Shown one piece after another: positions 20,603-29,825 of a stretch of DNA of 64,000 nucleotides. The translations under genes and the position numbers were made by a program. The DNA is from a virus. The notes under the pieces are model-generated. The model did no database searches. It was not told where the DNA came from and worked only from the letters and a program-made list of their open reading frames with translations. The stretch is taken from positions 1 through 64,000 of the IMG/VR virus record IMGVR_UViG_3300029374_000001, one strand, 5' to 3'. Position 1 is the first letter of the stretch; the number at the start of each line of letters is the position of its first letter.

Positions 20603-21787
20603 TTATTTATTGGCCGCATATACAACCATAGCAAAGAACATCAGCAATGCTCGGTTATAATCATTCTTAGATGCTAATCTTGTTTTCTTTTTTCTATATA
20701 AAGCAGATGTCATTAACCATTTTTCTAATTGGTTTCTCATTTCAATGATATTCTCATCTTTAGAGTTTGGTTTTGCTGTAATGGAGAATGTAATAAAGCT
20801 CATAGAGACTACATTCTTATCGGGAGTCTGAATAAAGTATGTATAAATTAAAGTAGAAATAATCTTACGTATTAAAACTAAGTTCTGCTTATCATTCAGA
20901 ATAGTTTCAATAATAGACTTCAATTCTTCTGTTTTTACGGTCTTATTGGAACACATCTTACAGATCTTATAATCTGCTCCTGAGGCTACTATATATTGCA
21001 TCGTCTTCTGAATACATTTTTCAGCCTTAAAAGAGTCAGAATCTGCTAAATGATACGTTCCTCCTAATTCTTGAGGATTTTCATTATCTGAATTGAATGT
21101 AATATAATCTTTATTCTCATACGCTTTATAATATGCTCGAGCTATATTGATCATAAAAGAACGAATACGCCCATGAAGCTGTCCGATTAAATAGACAACG
21201 TCATCGTCTTCAAAATCTCTAAAACGTGTGGCATACGTATTAATCATTGTTTTACATAAGTACACAATAGAGTTAAAGATATTCCCAGTAGATTTTAATA
21301 CAAACTTATTATTCAGACTATTGTTGATAACATACTGCATGACATAGTCTTGTGGCAATAGCTTTGGAAATGACATGTAATGAATAGATGGATAAAACTT
21401 TCCTGAGAAAGATAAATAGGCCATAGATAATTCTAAGTTCTTCGTATCTTTCTTCATAAAGAAATATCTACATATACAAATCATCAATATAGTCAACTCA
21501 TCTTTAGCTGCTCTGGGGTTAAAATTTGCTTTATTACCATAATATGTATTTAGTATTGCAGTTTTTACAGCTGGTATAGATATATCGACAGCTTTAAACA
21601 TCTTTTCTATATCATCAGCGCCATAATAAATTCTATCCAATGGCATAGTATCAAATAGAGACTTGTTTCTATCTGTAATAAACTCCGCCACACATTGTTT
21701 ATATCGGTTCAGATTCTTCTGTATATTCTTCTCTATTGTCGGATAGATCATTGTCTTAATGGCCGCTTTATTCTTAGTCGTATTCAT
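20603..21787 (-). CDS. hypothetical protein (394 aa)
   Basis: ORF. Confidence 0.5.
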   Translation of the reverse strand: MNTTKNKAAIKTMIYPTIEKNIQKNLNRYKQCVAEFITDRNKSLFDTMPLDRIYYGADDIEKMFKAVDISIPAVKTAILNTYYGNKANFNPRAAKDELTILMICICRYFFMKKDTKNLELSMAYLSFSGKFYPSIHYMSFPKLLPQDYVMQYVINNSLNNKFVLKSTGNIFNSIVYLCKTMINTYATRFRDFEDDDVVYLIGQLHGRIRSFMINIARAYYKAYENKDYITFNSDNENPQELGGTYHLADSDSFKAEKCIQKTMQYIVASGADYKICKMCSNKTVKTEELKSIIETILNDKQNLVLIRKIISTLIYTYFIQTPDKNVVSMSFITFSITAKPNSKDENIIEMRNQLEKWLMTSALYRKKKTRLASKNDYNRALLMFFAMVVYAANK

Positions 21788-21864
21788 AGGAATTGAACTC
21801 CTTTCTATATTATATAGAAGTTGAAAAGAACAAAAAAGAAACCTGGGAATATACAGAGTTTCTT

Positions 21865-22059
21865 TTATTCTTCAAATTTACTTAAGAAGTATTCCAATAT
21901 TTTATCAATCAATAATTTAAATCGTTTGATATTTTGAGATTCTACTTTCATATTGAGTATACGAAGTATAATCCATCTGTCTTCAAATGGTAATTCTTTG
22001 ACCAACTTAACAATCTCTTTTATTTTAGCATATCGCTCTATCTGCTCCTTTTCTTCCAT
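21865..22059 (-). CDS. hypothetical small protein
   Basis: 64-aa ORF. Confidence 0.35.
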   Translation of the reverse strand: MEEKEQIERYAKIKEIVKLVKELPFEDRWIILRILNMKVESQNIKRFKLLIDKILEYFLSKFEE

Positions 22060-22123
22060 TTAACCACCTCTTCCTGTATAAATATCTCTATACTCAGAAT
22101 TATAATATATAATTATAAAAAAT

Positions 22124-22149
22124 AAAAGAGACTCATATGAGTCTCTTTT
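22124..22149 (-). terminator. AAAAGAGACTCatatGAGTCTCTTTT
   Basis: A-run, 9-bp stem, T-run. Downstream of the adhesin gene. Confidence 0.6.
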
Positions 22150-22161
22150 ATTTATGATGCA

Positions 22162-24252
22162 TTAAGCATTTACTCTTACACGTTCAATGGTTGGTGTACC
22201 ATTTTTGTTCTGAGAAATCACATCAATACGGAAACGAGCAATTTCTGGTTCGAATTCGTTTAGCATTCTTTCCGGAACTTCATATCCCATCTGAAGAGCT
22301 CTATAGATAATAGCGCCGAATTCATAACGAGTCATAACTCTATCTCCCTTGAATTCTCCATCAAGATAGCCTTTGATAATATCGTTGCCTGCCAGCGTAG
22401 CAATATATTCATAGGCCCAATGATTTTTCGGAACATCTGGGAAGATTTTGATCTTGCCTGTATCGATAGCATCTCCAATAACCAACTGTTTGATAACGCT
22501 TCTAAGATTTTCTACTTCAGCACGAAGATCTTTAATCTCTTTTGCCATAGCAATCTTAGAACCATTGACGTGGTTTCCTCCACCAATCTTAAGACTTACG
22601 CCCGCATTGATTGCATTTTCTCCACCACCGAAAGAAGCTCCCAAAGAAACCATGGTATCCTCGTTCGGACGATAGAATGCACCAAGCGCTGTTGCATTAG
22701 CATTCTTATAATGACCATATCCTACAGCAATATCCAACTTGCTGTCTGGATCAAAGTCTAACGGATGAAGAGCTGCCAAAGCGGCTGCATTCGCACCAAC
22801 CTTATTAATACGTCTATCCAGTTTACCCATCCGACCATTAATATTCGTAATATTATTGCGAACGTCATGGATATCCTGATGGATATTATGAATATCGTTG
22901 TTGATATTGGTGATACTGTCTTTGTTCTGCTTAATAGCAGCATCCAATTTCTGATCTGCTTCTACCAAACTTGTAGAACCTTTGATATAGGTTGTAGAAG
23001 AATACTGACTGGATAAATTGGTAGGATCTGTAGCTCCTATCGTATTGGTGATATTCAAATCTGCAGCTTTACGAGCATCCTGTTCTTTCTTCAGATCAGA
23101 AGCTTTAGCTACATCTTTGATTACCACATCACCAAGCTTAGTACCAGAGTAGTTATCTTTAACTTCCAGAGTTACCTTGTTATCAGTAGAGATATCATAT
23201 TCTCCAGGCTGCACAGAGTTGTCTTTCATCTTACCTTTAAGATTGACTTTGGAGCCATCTTTCTTTTGCAAAGTAATGGTACCATCATCATTGATTGATC
23301 CATCAACAATGTTGTTACCATGAACAACTTCTGCTAAAGACCTAAGCTGCGCTACATTGACAGCATCATCAGAACTTGTGCCAGCGGCTACATTAACGAT
23401 CTGACGCTTATAGCGATCATTACCTATGCTGACTGCTCCGGATGTGGACTCCCATACTGACCATCCGGAATGTTTTGGATTAATACTCATGGTTGCAGGA
23501 TCCCAACCGAGAACACCTTTATCAATATTGGCTTTTGATTCTTTGCCCAATGCAATACCACCTTTAACATTAGTGGTTGAGAACTTGCCAATTGCTATAG
23601 CATCGTCAGCATATGTTTCTCCACCGATACCAATTACATAATCTCCTCTAACAGTCCATGCATTAATACCAACAGAATATTTCCCATAAACATTGGTGGT
23701 AGTACTGCCAATTCCTAATGAATCGCCACCATATACTCGAGTTTCTCCACCGATGGCAGTACTACCACCTGCAAGCGCCATTGCCTGTGTACCGATAGCT
23801 ACAGCATGATACCCATGTGCTTTTGCCAAATTACCAAACGCAACAGCATCCTGACCAATGGCTTCGGCATTAACACCCATTGCAACGGCTTCGCCATCAC
23901 CATGACTCTTAGCTGTACATCCAGAACCCACAGCAACAGAAATCCAATTTCTGCTGTTGTCTTCATTGGTACCATCAACTTCATTATGGTTGCCTATAGC
24001 AATAGCGTCAAAACCTTTAACTTTGTTGTACACACCTACAGACAGTCCCATAGATGCATTTTCCATTTCCGATTCTCTTCCGATCATAGTACTCCATTCG
24101 GAATTTTTCATTTTGAGTTTATTCCCAATAACAGTATATTCGGTACTACTTGTGACAGTATTATTAGCACCTTTCTCAATATTTACTGCATACGTTACTG
24201 ATGTTACGCATAATGCGCACATCGTAGTTAATAAAATCTTTTTGTTTCTCAT
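22162..24252 (-). CDS. trimeric autotransporter adhesin (YadA-like head, neck and beta-barrel anchor) with a C-terminal SLH domain. Negativicutes-type architecture.
   Basis: Signal peptide MRNKKILLTTMCALCVTSVTYA with AAGGAGA upstream (the ORF-track Met at 24285 is probably too early). Head repeats AVAIGTQAMALAGGSTAIGGET. Neck DAVNVAQL. Anchor AALAALHPLDFDP...GYGHYKNANATALGAFYRPNEDTMVSLGASFG. The C-terminal FPDVPKNHWAYEYIATLAGNDIIKGYLDGEFKGDRVMTRYEFGAIIYRAL is an SLH consensus. Confidence 0.8.
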   Translation of the reverse strand: MRNKKILLTTMCALCVTSVTYAVNIEKGANNTVTSSTEYTVIGNKLKMKNSEWSTMIGRESEMENASMGLSVGVYNKVKGFDAIAIGNHNEVDGTNEDNSRNWISVAVGSGCTAKSHGDGEAVAMGVNAEAIGQDAVAFGNLAKAHGYHAVAIGTQAMALAGGSTAIGGETRVYGGDSLGIGSTTTNVYGKYSVGINAWTVRGDYVIGIGGETYADDAIAIGKFSTTNVKGGIALGKESKANIDKGVLGWDPATMSINPKHSGWSVWESTSGAVSIGNDRYKRQIVNVAAGTSSDDAVNVAQLRSLAEVVHGNNIVDGSINDDGTITLQKKDGSKVNLKGKMKDNSVQPGEYDISTDNKVTLEVKDNYSGTKLGDVVIKDVAKASDLKKEQDARKAADLNITNTIGATDPTNLSSQYSSTTYIKGSTSLVEADQKLDAAIKQNKDSITNINNDIHNIHQDIHDVRNNITNINGRMGKLDRRINKVGANAAALAALHPLDFDPDSKLDIAVGYGHYKNANATALGAFYRPNEDTMVSLGASFGGGENAINAGVSLKIGGGNHVNGSKIAMAKEIKDLRAEVENLRSVIKQLVIGDAIDTGKIKIFPDVPKNHWAYEYIATLAGNDIIKGYLDGEFKGDRVMTRYEFGAIIYRALQMGYEVPERMLNEFEPEIARFRIDVISQNKNGTPTIERVRVNA

Positions 24253-24352
24253 TCTAATCTCTCCTTTTAAAAATAACGAATACATATATTATATATGCTG
24301 GCACTTATATAATATATAATTTCAGAAAAAATAGATTGCAAAAAAAAAATAA

Positions 24353-24382
24353 TATCTGGAGATGCTATATAGCATCTCCAGA
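24353..24382 (-). terminator. ATCTGGAGATGCtatataGCATCTCCAGAT followed in minus sense by T10
   Basis: 12-bp stem plus T-run downstream of the topoisomerase gene. Confidence 0.6.
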
Positions 24383-24386
24383 TTCA

Positions 24387-26789
24387 TTATGCTCGTATAA
24401 TAGAAACAGAAGCTACACCAGACGAATCTGTTATCTTTTCTCCCTGAGAAATAGAAGATCCATTGGGAATTTGGATAATCGGATATACTTTAGAATTTCT
24501 ATGTGTAGTAATAGCCAAAGAATCCGTTTCATTACATACTCCAATATATTTAATAGAGTCCGTCTTACTCAATTTAATGATAACGTCTCCTGCTCTGGCT
24601 CTGGTTCCTCTATTGATAGAATCTAAACCAATCTTATTAACTCTTCCAGATTCTGTAACTACAATCACATGTGTTGAGTTAGGAATAATACAACACATCC
24701 CATCAATAGCATACTTGGAAGATTTCATTCCAATAACCCCTTTGGTGGTTCTGGATAATAAAGGAATATCGGAAGCCCATATCCGCAATACTTTGTTATG
24801 AGCATAAATCAGAATCTCATTAGCAGATCCTGCCACTAACAAATCTGCAATCGTATCTCCTTCATTCAGCTTCGCATACATCAAACCAGATAATGGAATA
24901 TTAAATAGCTCAGAGATATTCATTCTCTTTGCTAATCCTTGTCTGGTAATAGTGATAATACTACCTTCCATATTCTCTGCTTTATAAGACCGATCAATGG
25001 TATCCAGCATAGACTCTGGAATAACAGCAGATATACCTTCTCCAGAATATTTCTTAACAGCAATACGCATATCAATTCCATTAGAGTTCTTAGCGGCAAA
25101 TGGAATCTTATGTACAGGAATCTTGTATACTTTGGCTAAAGAACCAAACAGTAACAAAGAATCTGTATTGTTTGCTGTCAATACAAATCTAGCCTTATCA
25201 TTTCGTAAGCTTAATGATTTATCGGATACATCAATCTTCTTAATAAACCCAGATTCTGTAATAACAACTTTAAATATTCCTTCTGGAATTCCTTCTGCTT
25301 CAGATGCAGAAACAATTCTGCTTCTTCTTGGACAACCATATTTCTTATTAATAGCAATCAGTTCTTCTTTGATAATACCGGTTAACTTTTCCGGATGAAT
25401 ACTCCAATCCAAATATTGTCTGGCTTTAGCATCTAAGTCATTATATTCTGTAATATAATCATTCAGATATCCTACAGATAATTTCTTCAGATTGATATTC
25501 AGAATAAACTTAGCTTGTAATGGAGTAATATCTTTTACTGTCTTCAGCATAAAGTTAATTAACTCTTCATCATCTCTGGTTTTCTGTTTACGTATCTTAT
25601 CAATAATCTGATCAATCTTACCAGACTTTAAGATCTTGATGTAGAAATCCAATTCATGCATACGAGTCTTACACTCTTTTAACTTGGCATTAAACATTCT
25701 GGCTTTACGTTCAATACGGAAGTTAATAAAGTTCTGTAAGTATTGTTTATAACTCCAAATAACCGGATTGTTATTATACACAACTTCAAAGTTTACAGAT
25801 TTGGTCGCTTCCAATCGAGTATGCTTATACAGAATATCTCTAACATAATGAGGATCTGTATCTTTCTTCAATACAATATAAACTTCAAAGTTAGACTTCA
25901 TTGCTTTCTTATGAAGATCTGTAGTGGTATTATTATAGATATCGATAACCTGTGGAAGAATATTCTTTTCTTTCAGATCTTCTATCTTATTCTTGATATC
26001 TTCAAAATATACCATATGAGGCAACGCTTTAACAATCAGAGCTGGTTTATTCTGGAATTCCCCAATATCAATTTTAGCTCTAACTTTAAATCGTCCTTTA
26101 CCGGTTCTGGATATTGTTGCAAAATCTGCTTCAATAATATCACAACCCTGAGGATCATCTGGTAATAAAATGATCTCATCATTGGGATGATCAATCAGAT
26201 GAATGGTTGCATCAATAACTTCTGATATATTATGAGGAGGAATGTTTGATGTCATTCCTACCGCAATACCAAAACTACCGTTGATTAAAAGATTCGGAAC
26301 TTTAGATGGAAAGTATAATGGTTCCATGACTGTGTTATCATAATTCCAGTCCCAATCTGTAGAAGAATATGTTTCTGTCATATCCCCAATAATACATTCT
26401 ACAGCATAAGGGGTTAATGCTGCTTCTGTATAACGAGAAGCAGCTGCGCTATCCCCCCAAATATTACCAAAAGATCCTTTTGGTTTAATTAATGGCATAT
26501 AAGATTCAAACCAGTTGGTCATACCTTTCATTGCTCCGTAAATACCGGAATCAGAATGTGGATGAAATCTCTGCATAACGATTCCGACTATAGATGCCGA
26601 TTTAACGGTTGTACCCGTTCTGGTTTGTTTCAAATATTCATACATAGTATATAAAATTTTTCTTACTACTGGCTTTAATCCATCTACCGCATGTGGAATC
26701 GCTCGTTCTCTACATACGGCTTCTGCATAGGTTTTCAAATCTTGATTAGCTTGTGTGACTATGTTTTCATCAATTATTCTTTCAGCCAA
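24387..26789 (-). CDS. type II topoisomerase A subunit (GyrA/ParC-like)
   Basis: AIPHAVDGLKPVVRKILYTM (GyrA has DGLKPVHRRVLYAM). HPHSDSGIYGAMKGM. Active-site ASRYTEAAL. PNLLINGSFGIAVGMTSNIPPHN. Confidence 0.9.
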   Translation of the reverse strand: MAERIIDENIVTQANQDLKTYAEAVCRERAIPHAVDGLKPVVRKILYTMYEYLKQTRTGTTVKSASIVGIVMQRFHPHSDSGIYGAMKGMTNWFESYMPLIKPKGSFGNIWGDSAAASRYTEAALTPYAVECIIGDMTETYSSTDWDWNYDNTVMEPLYFPSKVPNLLINGSFGIAVGMTSNIPPHNISEVIDATIHLIDHPNDEIILLPDDPQGCDIIEADFATISRTGKGRFKVRAKIDIGEFQNKPALIVKALPHMVYFEDIKNKIEDLKEKNILPQVIDIYNNTTTDLHKKAMKSNFEVYIVLKKDTDPHYVRDILYKHTRLEATKSVNFEVVYNNNPVIWSYKQYLQNFINFRIERKARMFNAKLKECKTRMHELDFYIKILKSGKIDQIIDKIRKQKTRDDEELINFMLKTVKDITPLQAKFILNINLKKLSVGYLNDYITEYNDLDAKARQYLDWSIHPEKLTGIIKEELIAINKKYGCPRRSRIVSASEAEGIPEGIFKVVITESGFIKKIDVSDKSLSLRNDKARFVLTANNTDSLLLFGSLAKVYKIPVHKIPFAAKNSNGIDMRIAVKKYSGEGISAVIPESMLDTIDRSYKAENMEGSIITITRQGLAKRMNISELFNIPLSGLMYAKLNEGDTIADLLVAGSANEILIYAHNKVLRIWASDIPLLSRTTKGVIGMKSSKYAIDGMCCIIPNSTHVIVVTESGRVNKIGLDSINRGTRARAGDVIIKLSKTDSIKYIGVCNETDSLAITTHRNSKVYPIIQIPNGSSISQGEKITDSSGVASVSIIRA

Positions 26790-26850
26790 TTTAAAATCCT
26801 CCTTTTATTTTTACTCATGTCTATAATATATACTTGAGTATTAAATTGGC

Positions 26851-27429
26851 TTAATTTCCTGTGGAACCAAATCCACCTTTTCTGGTTTCTTTTGCATTAT
26901 CTTCTTCTACTGTATAATAAGAAAGAATAATTCCCTGTGCTACCTTATTACCAGGTTTAATCATAACAGTAATTCCATCAATGGATGGGTCTGTAGCTCT
27001 GACAGATAAAATCTTATAATCTTCATCATATTCATATTTCTTAGGAGAATGTACCTTAGGATATGTTCTAAGAGCTAAGATAATATCTCCTTCATTAGAT
27101 TCATTATTATAATAATCTTTATCGATAATTCCTACAGAATTAGCTAAGAAGTAGCCATATTTAGTAGAACTGGAACGCTGTACAATCTGCAAGAAGTTTT
27201 CAGGATTCAAATCAATCTTAATACCAGTAGGTACCATGGTTGGTTCCATGCCATTGATATATGTATAGATAGGAGTTACAAAATCGTATCCTGCTGCATA
27301 TTTAGTGGATCTTTTAGGAAGTTGTATACGATCATAAGAAGCTTTAATTTCTTCTTCAGACATCGCATCATTATAGAATTTCTTAATATCTTTTCTAAAT
27401 GCTTCAAAACTAACCTTTTCAAATTTCAT
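26851..27429 (-). CDS. dut: dUTP pyrophosphatase
   Basis: Motifs AAGYDF, GIIDKDYY and the C-terminal RKGGFGSTG. Confidence 0.85.
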   Translation of the reverse strand: MKFEKVSFEAFRKDIKKFYNDAMSEEEIKASYDRIQLPKRSTKYAAGYDFVTPIYTYINGMEPTMVPTGIKIDLNPENFLQIVQRSSSTKYGYFLANSVGIIDKDYYNNESNEGDIILALRTYPKVHSPKKYEYDEDYKILSVRATDPSIDGITVMIKPGNKVAQGIILSYYTVEEDNAKETRKGGFGSTGN

Positions 27430-27531
27430 AGTAATCTCTCCTTTATAAAAATAAAAATTACTGTAATGTCTCAGCGAATGTTAAATCATAAAAAATAAAC
27501 CCAGGATTCTTCGGTATCCTGGGACGAATCG

Positions 27532-27855
27532 TTAGATACCGAATGCTCGGCATCCAATGATTCTACCGTCTGGATCCCTTACGGGATCGCTCGGCACAAC
27601 CAAGTCCGTTCTGTCTGGTAATGCAGACTTAACGAACGCAGATACAATATAAATTATATCTGGGTCATATTCAGGTAAGCCTTCGGGTTCACCAAATACA
27701 ACCTTGATTGTAGGGATATCATCGATATCCCCAACGGTTTCATTTCTCTGGGAAAGTCTAATGAGTTTCCCAGATGCTTTATATATGGAAATAACTTGAT
27801 TGTTTTCTCCATATACTGTGACATCATGCGGCGTCATGTTTATAATTGATTTCAT
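27532..27855 (-). CDS. hypothetical protein. Its GC content is clearly above the local average.
   Basis: 107-aa ORF. Confidence 0.45.
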   Translation of the reverse strand: MKSIINMTPHDVTVYGENNQVISIYKASGKLIRLSQRNETVGDIDDIPTIKVVFGEPEGLPEYDPDIIYIVSAFVKSALPDRTDLVVPSDPVRDPDGRIIGCRAFGI

Positions 27856-27865
27856 AGTCTTCTCC

Positions 27866-28234
27866 TCACTTCTCTCTGGAATTAACTCTACAGAAATTCT
27901 TAAATGTTCGTATCTTTATAAAGATATTATCAACTTCACAACCAAACTCACATATATTCTCTCTTATAATTCTATCATAAAAGAGATCCTTTATGGACTT
28001 ATCTATAAAATCCATAGATTCGCATATAGTATCTAATGATACACATGCGTCATTAGTTTTACATTCATGAATAGTATATAATGCCAGTTTTATTTGACGA
28101 TATATACTCTGAAAATTCTTTCTGTCTTTGAACAATTTGTGTTCAAAGATATGCTCCAAACTGGAGTGTGTACTATCCATAAATACAGATAGTACCTCTT
28201 CATTTTTCTTAAAATCAAAATCAATAACTCTCAT
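27866..28234 (-). CDS. hypothetical protein
   Basis: 122-aa ORF. Confidence 0.45.
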   Translation of the reverse strand: MRVIDFDFKKNEEVLSVFMDSTHSSLEHIFEHKLFKDRKNFQSIYRQIKLALYTIHECKTNDACVSLDTICESMDFIDKSIKDLFYDRIIRENICEFGCEVDNIFIKIRTFKNFCRVNSREK

Positions 28235-28263
28235 AATATAATCCCCCTTTTGACTACTATAAT

Positions 28264-28282
28264 CTCTGGTATCATAGAAAAT
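28264..28282 (-). promoter_or_regulatory. second identical copy of the 19-mer CTCTGGTATCATAGAAAAT, about 37 nt upstream of the ATG of 27866..28234
   Basis: Identical to 12304..12322. The same intergenic region also has the terminator-like hairpin CCAGAGCattataGCTCTGG (28359..28378) followed by a T-run in gene sense. Confidence 0.4.
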
Positions 28283-28385
28283 TTGATACCATTGTATCTC
28301 TTCATCTCTATATTATATAATTTATAAAAGATTAGATTACAAAAAAGAAAATCCAGAGCATTATAGCTCTGGATTACACAATATA

Positions 28386-28829
28386 CTACTTATCATTATT
28401 TATCTTTTTAGGGCTAGATACAACAAGTGTATTTTTAGATTTGGATGCTGTAATATAACAAAAATCTCTAAATTTAATTGTATTTGCACAAATTATTCGT
28501 AAATCGTCAATAATTGATTTTATGTAATCTTCTTTGGAAAGTCTAATGCTATTGGTATAAAGAATATTTCTAGCTAACTCTTCTATACGATCTAATAGTT
28601 TTTCTAAAGTTTTAATATGAATAAGTTTACCATTATTATCAGCAATAAAAGTTCCCAGCATCTCCCAATAATCAGACATCTGGGCGAAGTAAAGATCTAT
28701 AGATGTATAATCTGGTAAATTTGACAACTTTGCGTCTTCAAAGCGACGAGACATATTTACATCTACCTTTGTAAGATAATTAACTGTTTCTCCTAAAAAC
28801 GGTTCATCAACTTGTATTGTATTTTTCAT
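28386..28829 (-). CDS. hypothetical protein, weak paralogue of 29343..29705
   Basis: 147-aa ORF. Shares IHIKT(L/F)E...FR(D/N)(F/H)C with 29343..29705. Confidence 0.45.
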   Translation of the reverse strand: MKNTIQVDEPFLGETVNYLTKVDVNMSRRFEDAKLSNLPDYTSIDLYFAQMSDYWEMLGTFIADNNGKLIHIKTLEKLLDRIEELARNILYTNSIRLSKEDYIKSIIDDLRIICANTIKFRDFCYITASKSKNTLVVSSPKKINNDK

Positions 28830-28852
28830 AAGAATTATCTCCTTCTCACATT

Positions 28853-29212
28853 TTATACTTCTACACCAAAATCAGTATACAATACAATCTTAATAAATGC
28901 TTTAGCCACATCGTTTAGCATTCTGAATTGTTTCATATATACATACTGATCTTCTCCATTATATGATACGAGAGAATCACATACAAAACGAACTCCTCCA
29001 TATCTCTCTATATCTTCTTTAGACAATGTTTTTAAGTCGTCTATTTCTAATACCATATCCGGATTAGACTCTAAATCTTTCAGCATATTAGTGAAAGTTT
29101 CTTTTTCCATTTCATTTGTATTATCTTTGGCTAAGTCTTCATTATTTTCATCAATAACCAAATACGTTTTTCCATCTTCTTGATATGTGTAAAAATCGTT
29201 TAATTCCAACAT
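28853..29212 (-). CDS. hypothetical acidic protein
   Basis: 119-aa ORF preceded by the duplicated 60-nt leader. Confidence 0.45.
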   Translation of the reverse strand: MLELNDFYTYQEDGKTYLVIDENNEDLAKDNTNEMEKETFTNMLKDLESNPDMVLEIDDLKTLSKEDIERYGGVRFVCDSLVSYNGEDQYVYMKQFRMLNDVAKAFIKIVLYTDFGVEV

Positions 29213-29270
29213 AATATCTTCTCCTTTTTATAAAATATAAATGAACTTCTCATACTTATAATATATAATT
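29211..29270 (-). promoter_or_regulatory. 60-nt leader/promoter module ending AAAAGGAGAAGATATTATG. The same module is present at 50586..50644.
   Basis: 59 of 60 nt identical between the two copies, with one small indel. Confidence 0.5.
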
Positions 29271-29313
29271 GACTGTAAAATTAGAAATTATATTATAGTA
29301 TCATATAAAAAAT

Positions 29314-29339
29314 AAAGTGGGAGTTTAAACTCCCACTTT
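29314..29339 (-). terminator. AAAGTGGGAGTttaaACTCCCACTTT followed in minus sense by a T-run
   Basis: Inverted repeat plus T-run downstream of 29343..29705. Confidence 0.55.
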
Positions 29340-29342
29340 ATT

Positions 29343-29705
29343 TTAATTCTCAGATACAATAAGACAATGATTTCTAAACGTAATAGTGCTTCTATGAAGT
29401 CGGCTTGTAAAATCGTGTATAGCATGGATTCCAGCATTCTGATCAATAGTCATGATTAAACTATCAATGTCGAGTAAAATATATTCAAAAGTTTTAATAT
29501 GAATTTGTACGGGCCTACGATAAGTCATATCTTTTAACAAATTGATATTCTCTAAAAGTTCAATAAAAAATGCTCCCAGATTTTGGTCACTACCACCAGC
29601 AATAATTGCGCTTGATATTTCTTTTATAGTGCTTTCACTTTCTTGAATATAATCTTTAAGCGTCTCTAAAAATTCTCCATCATCAATTTCAATTACATTT
29701 TTCAT
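29343..29705 (-). CDS. hypothetical protein
   Basis: 120-aa ORF. Confidence 0.45.
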   Translation of the reverse strand: MKNVIEIDDGEFLETLKDYIQESESTIKEISSAIIAGGSDQNLGAFFIELLENINLLKDMTYRRPVQIHIKTFEYILLDIDSLIMTIDQNAGIHAIHDFTSRLHRSTITFRNHCLIVSEN

Positions 29706-29825
29706 TTTGTCGTCCTCCTTTTAAAGAACAAATACAATAGGATATTATAATTAATATCCAAACTCAATTATATAGTATATAATCAAAAAATATAATATCT
29801 TCAGAGTCATATGCCTCTGGAGATA

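Noticed and set aside
22162-24252. Possibility that the adhesin gene is host chromosomal flank or an assembly chimera
   Set aside because: It is co-oriented and tightly flanked on both sides by phage replication genes (topoisomerase at 24387, unknown at 20603). It uses the same hairpin-terminator style and has an AT-rich codon bias similar to its neighbours. Still worth a coverage check.
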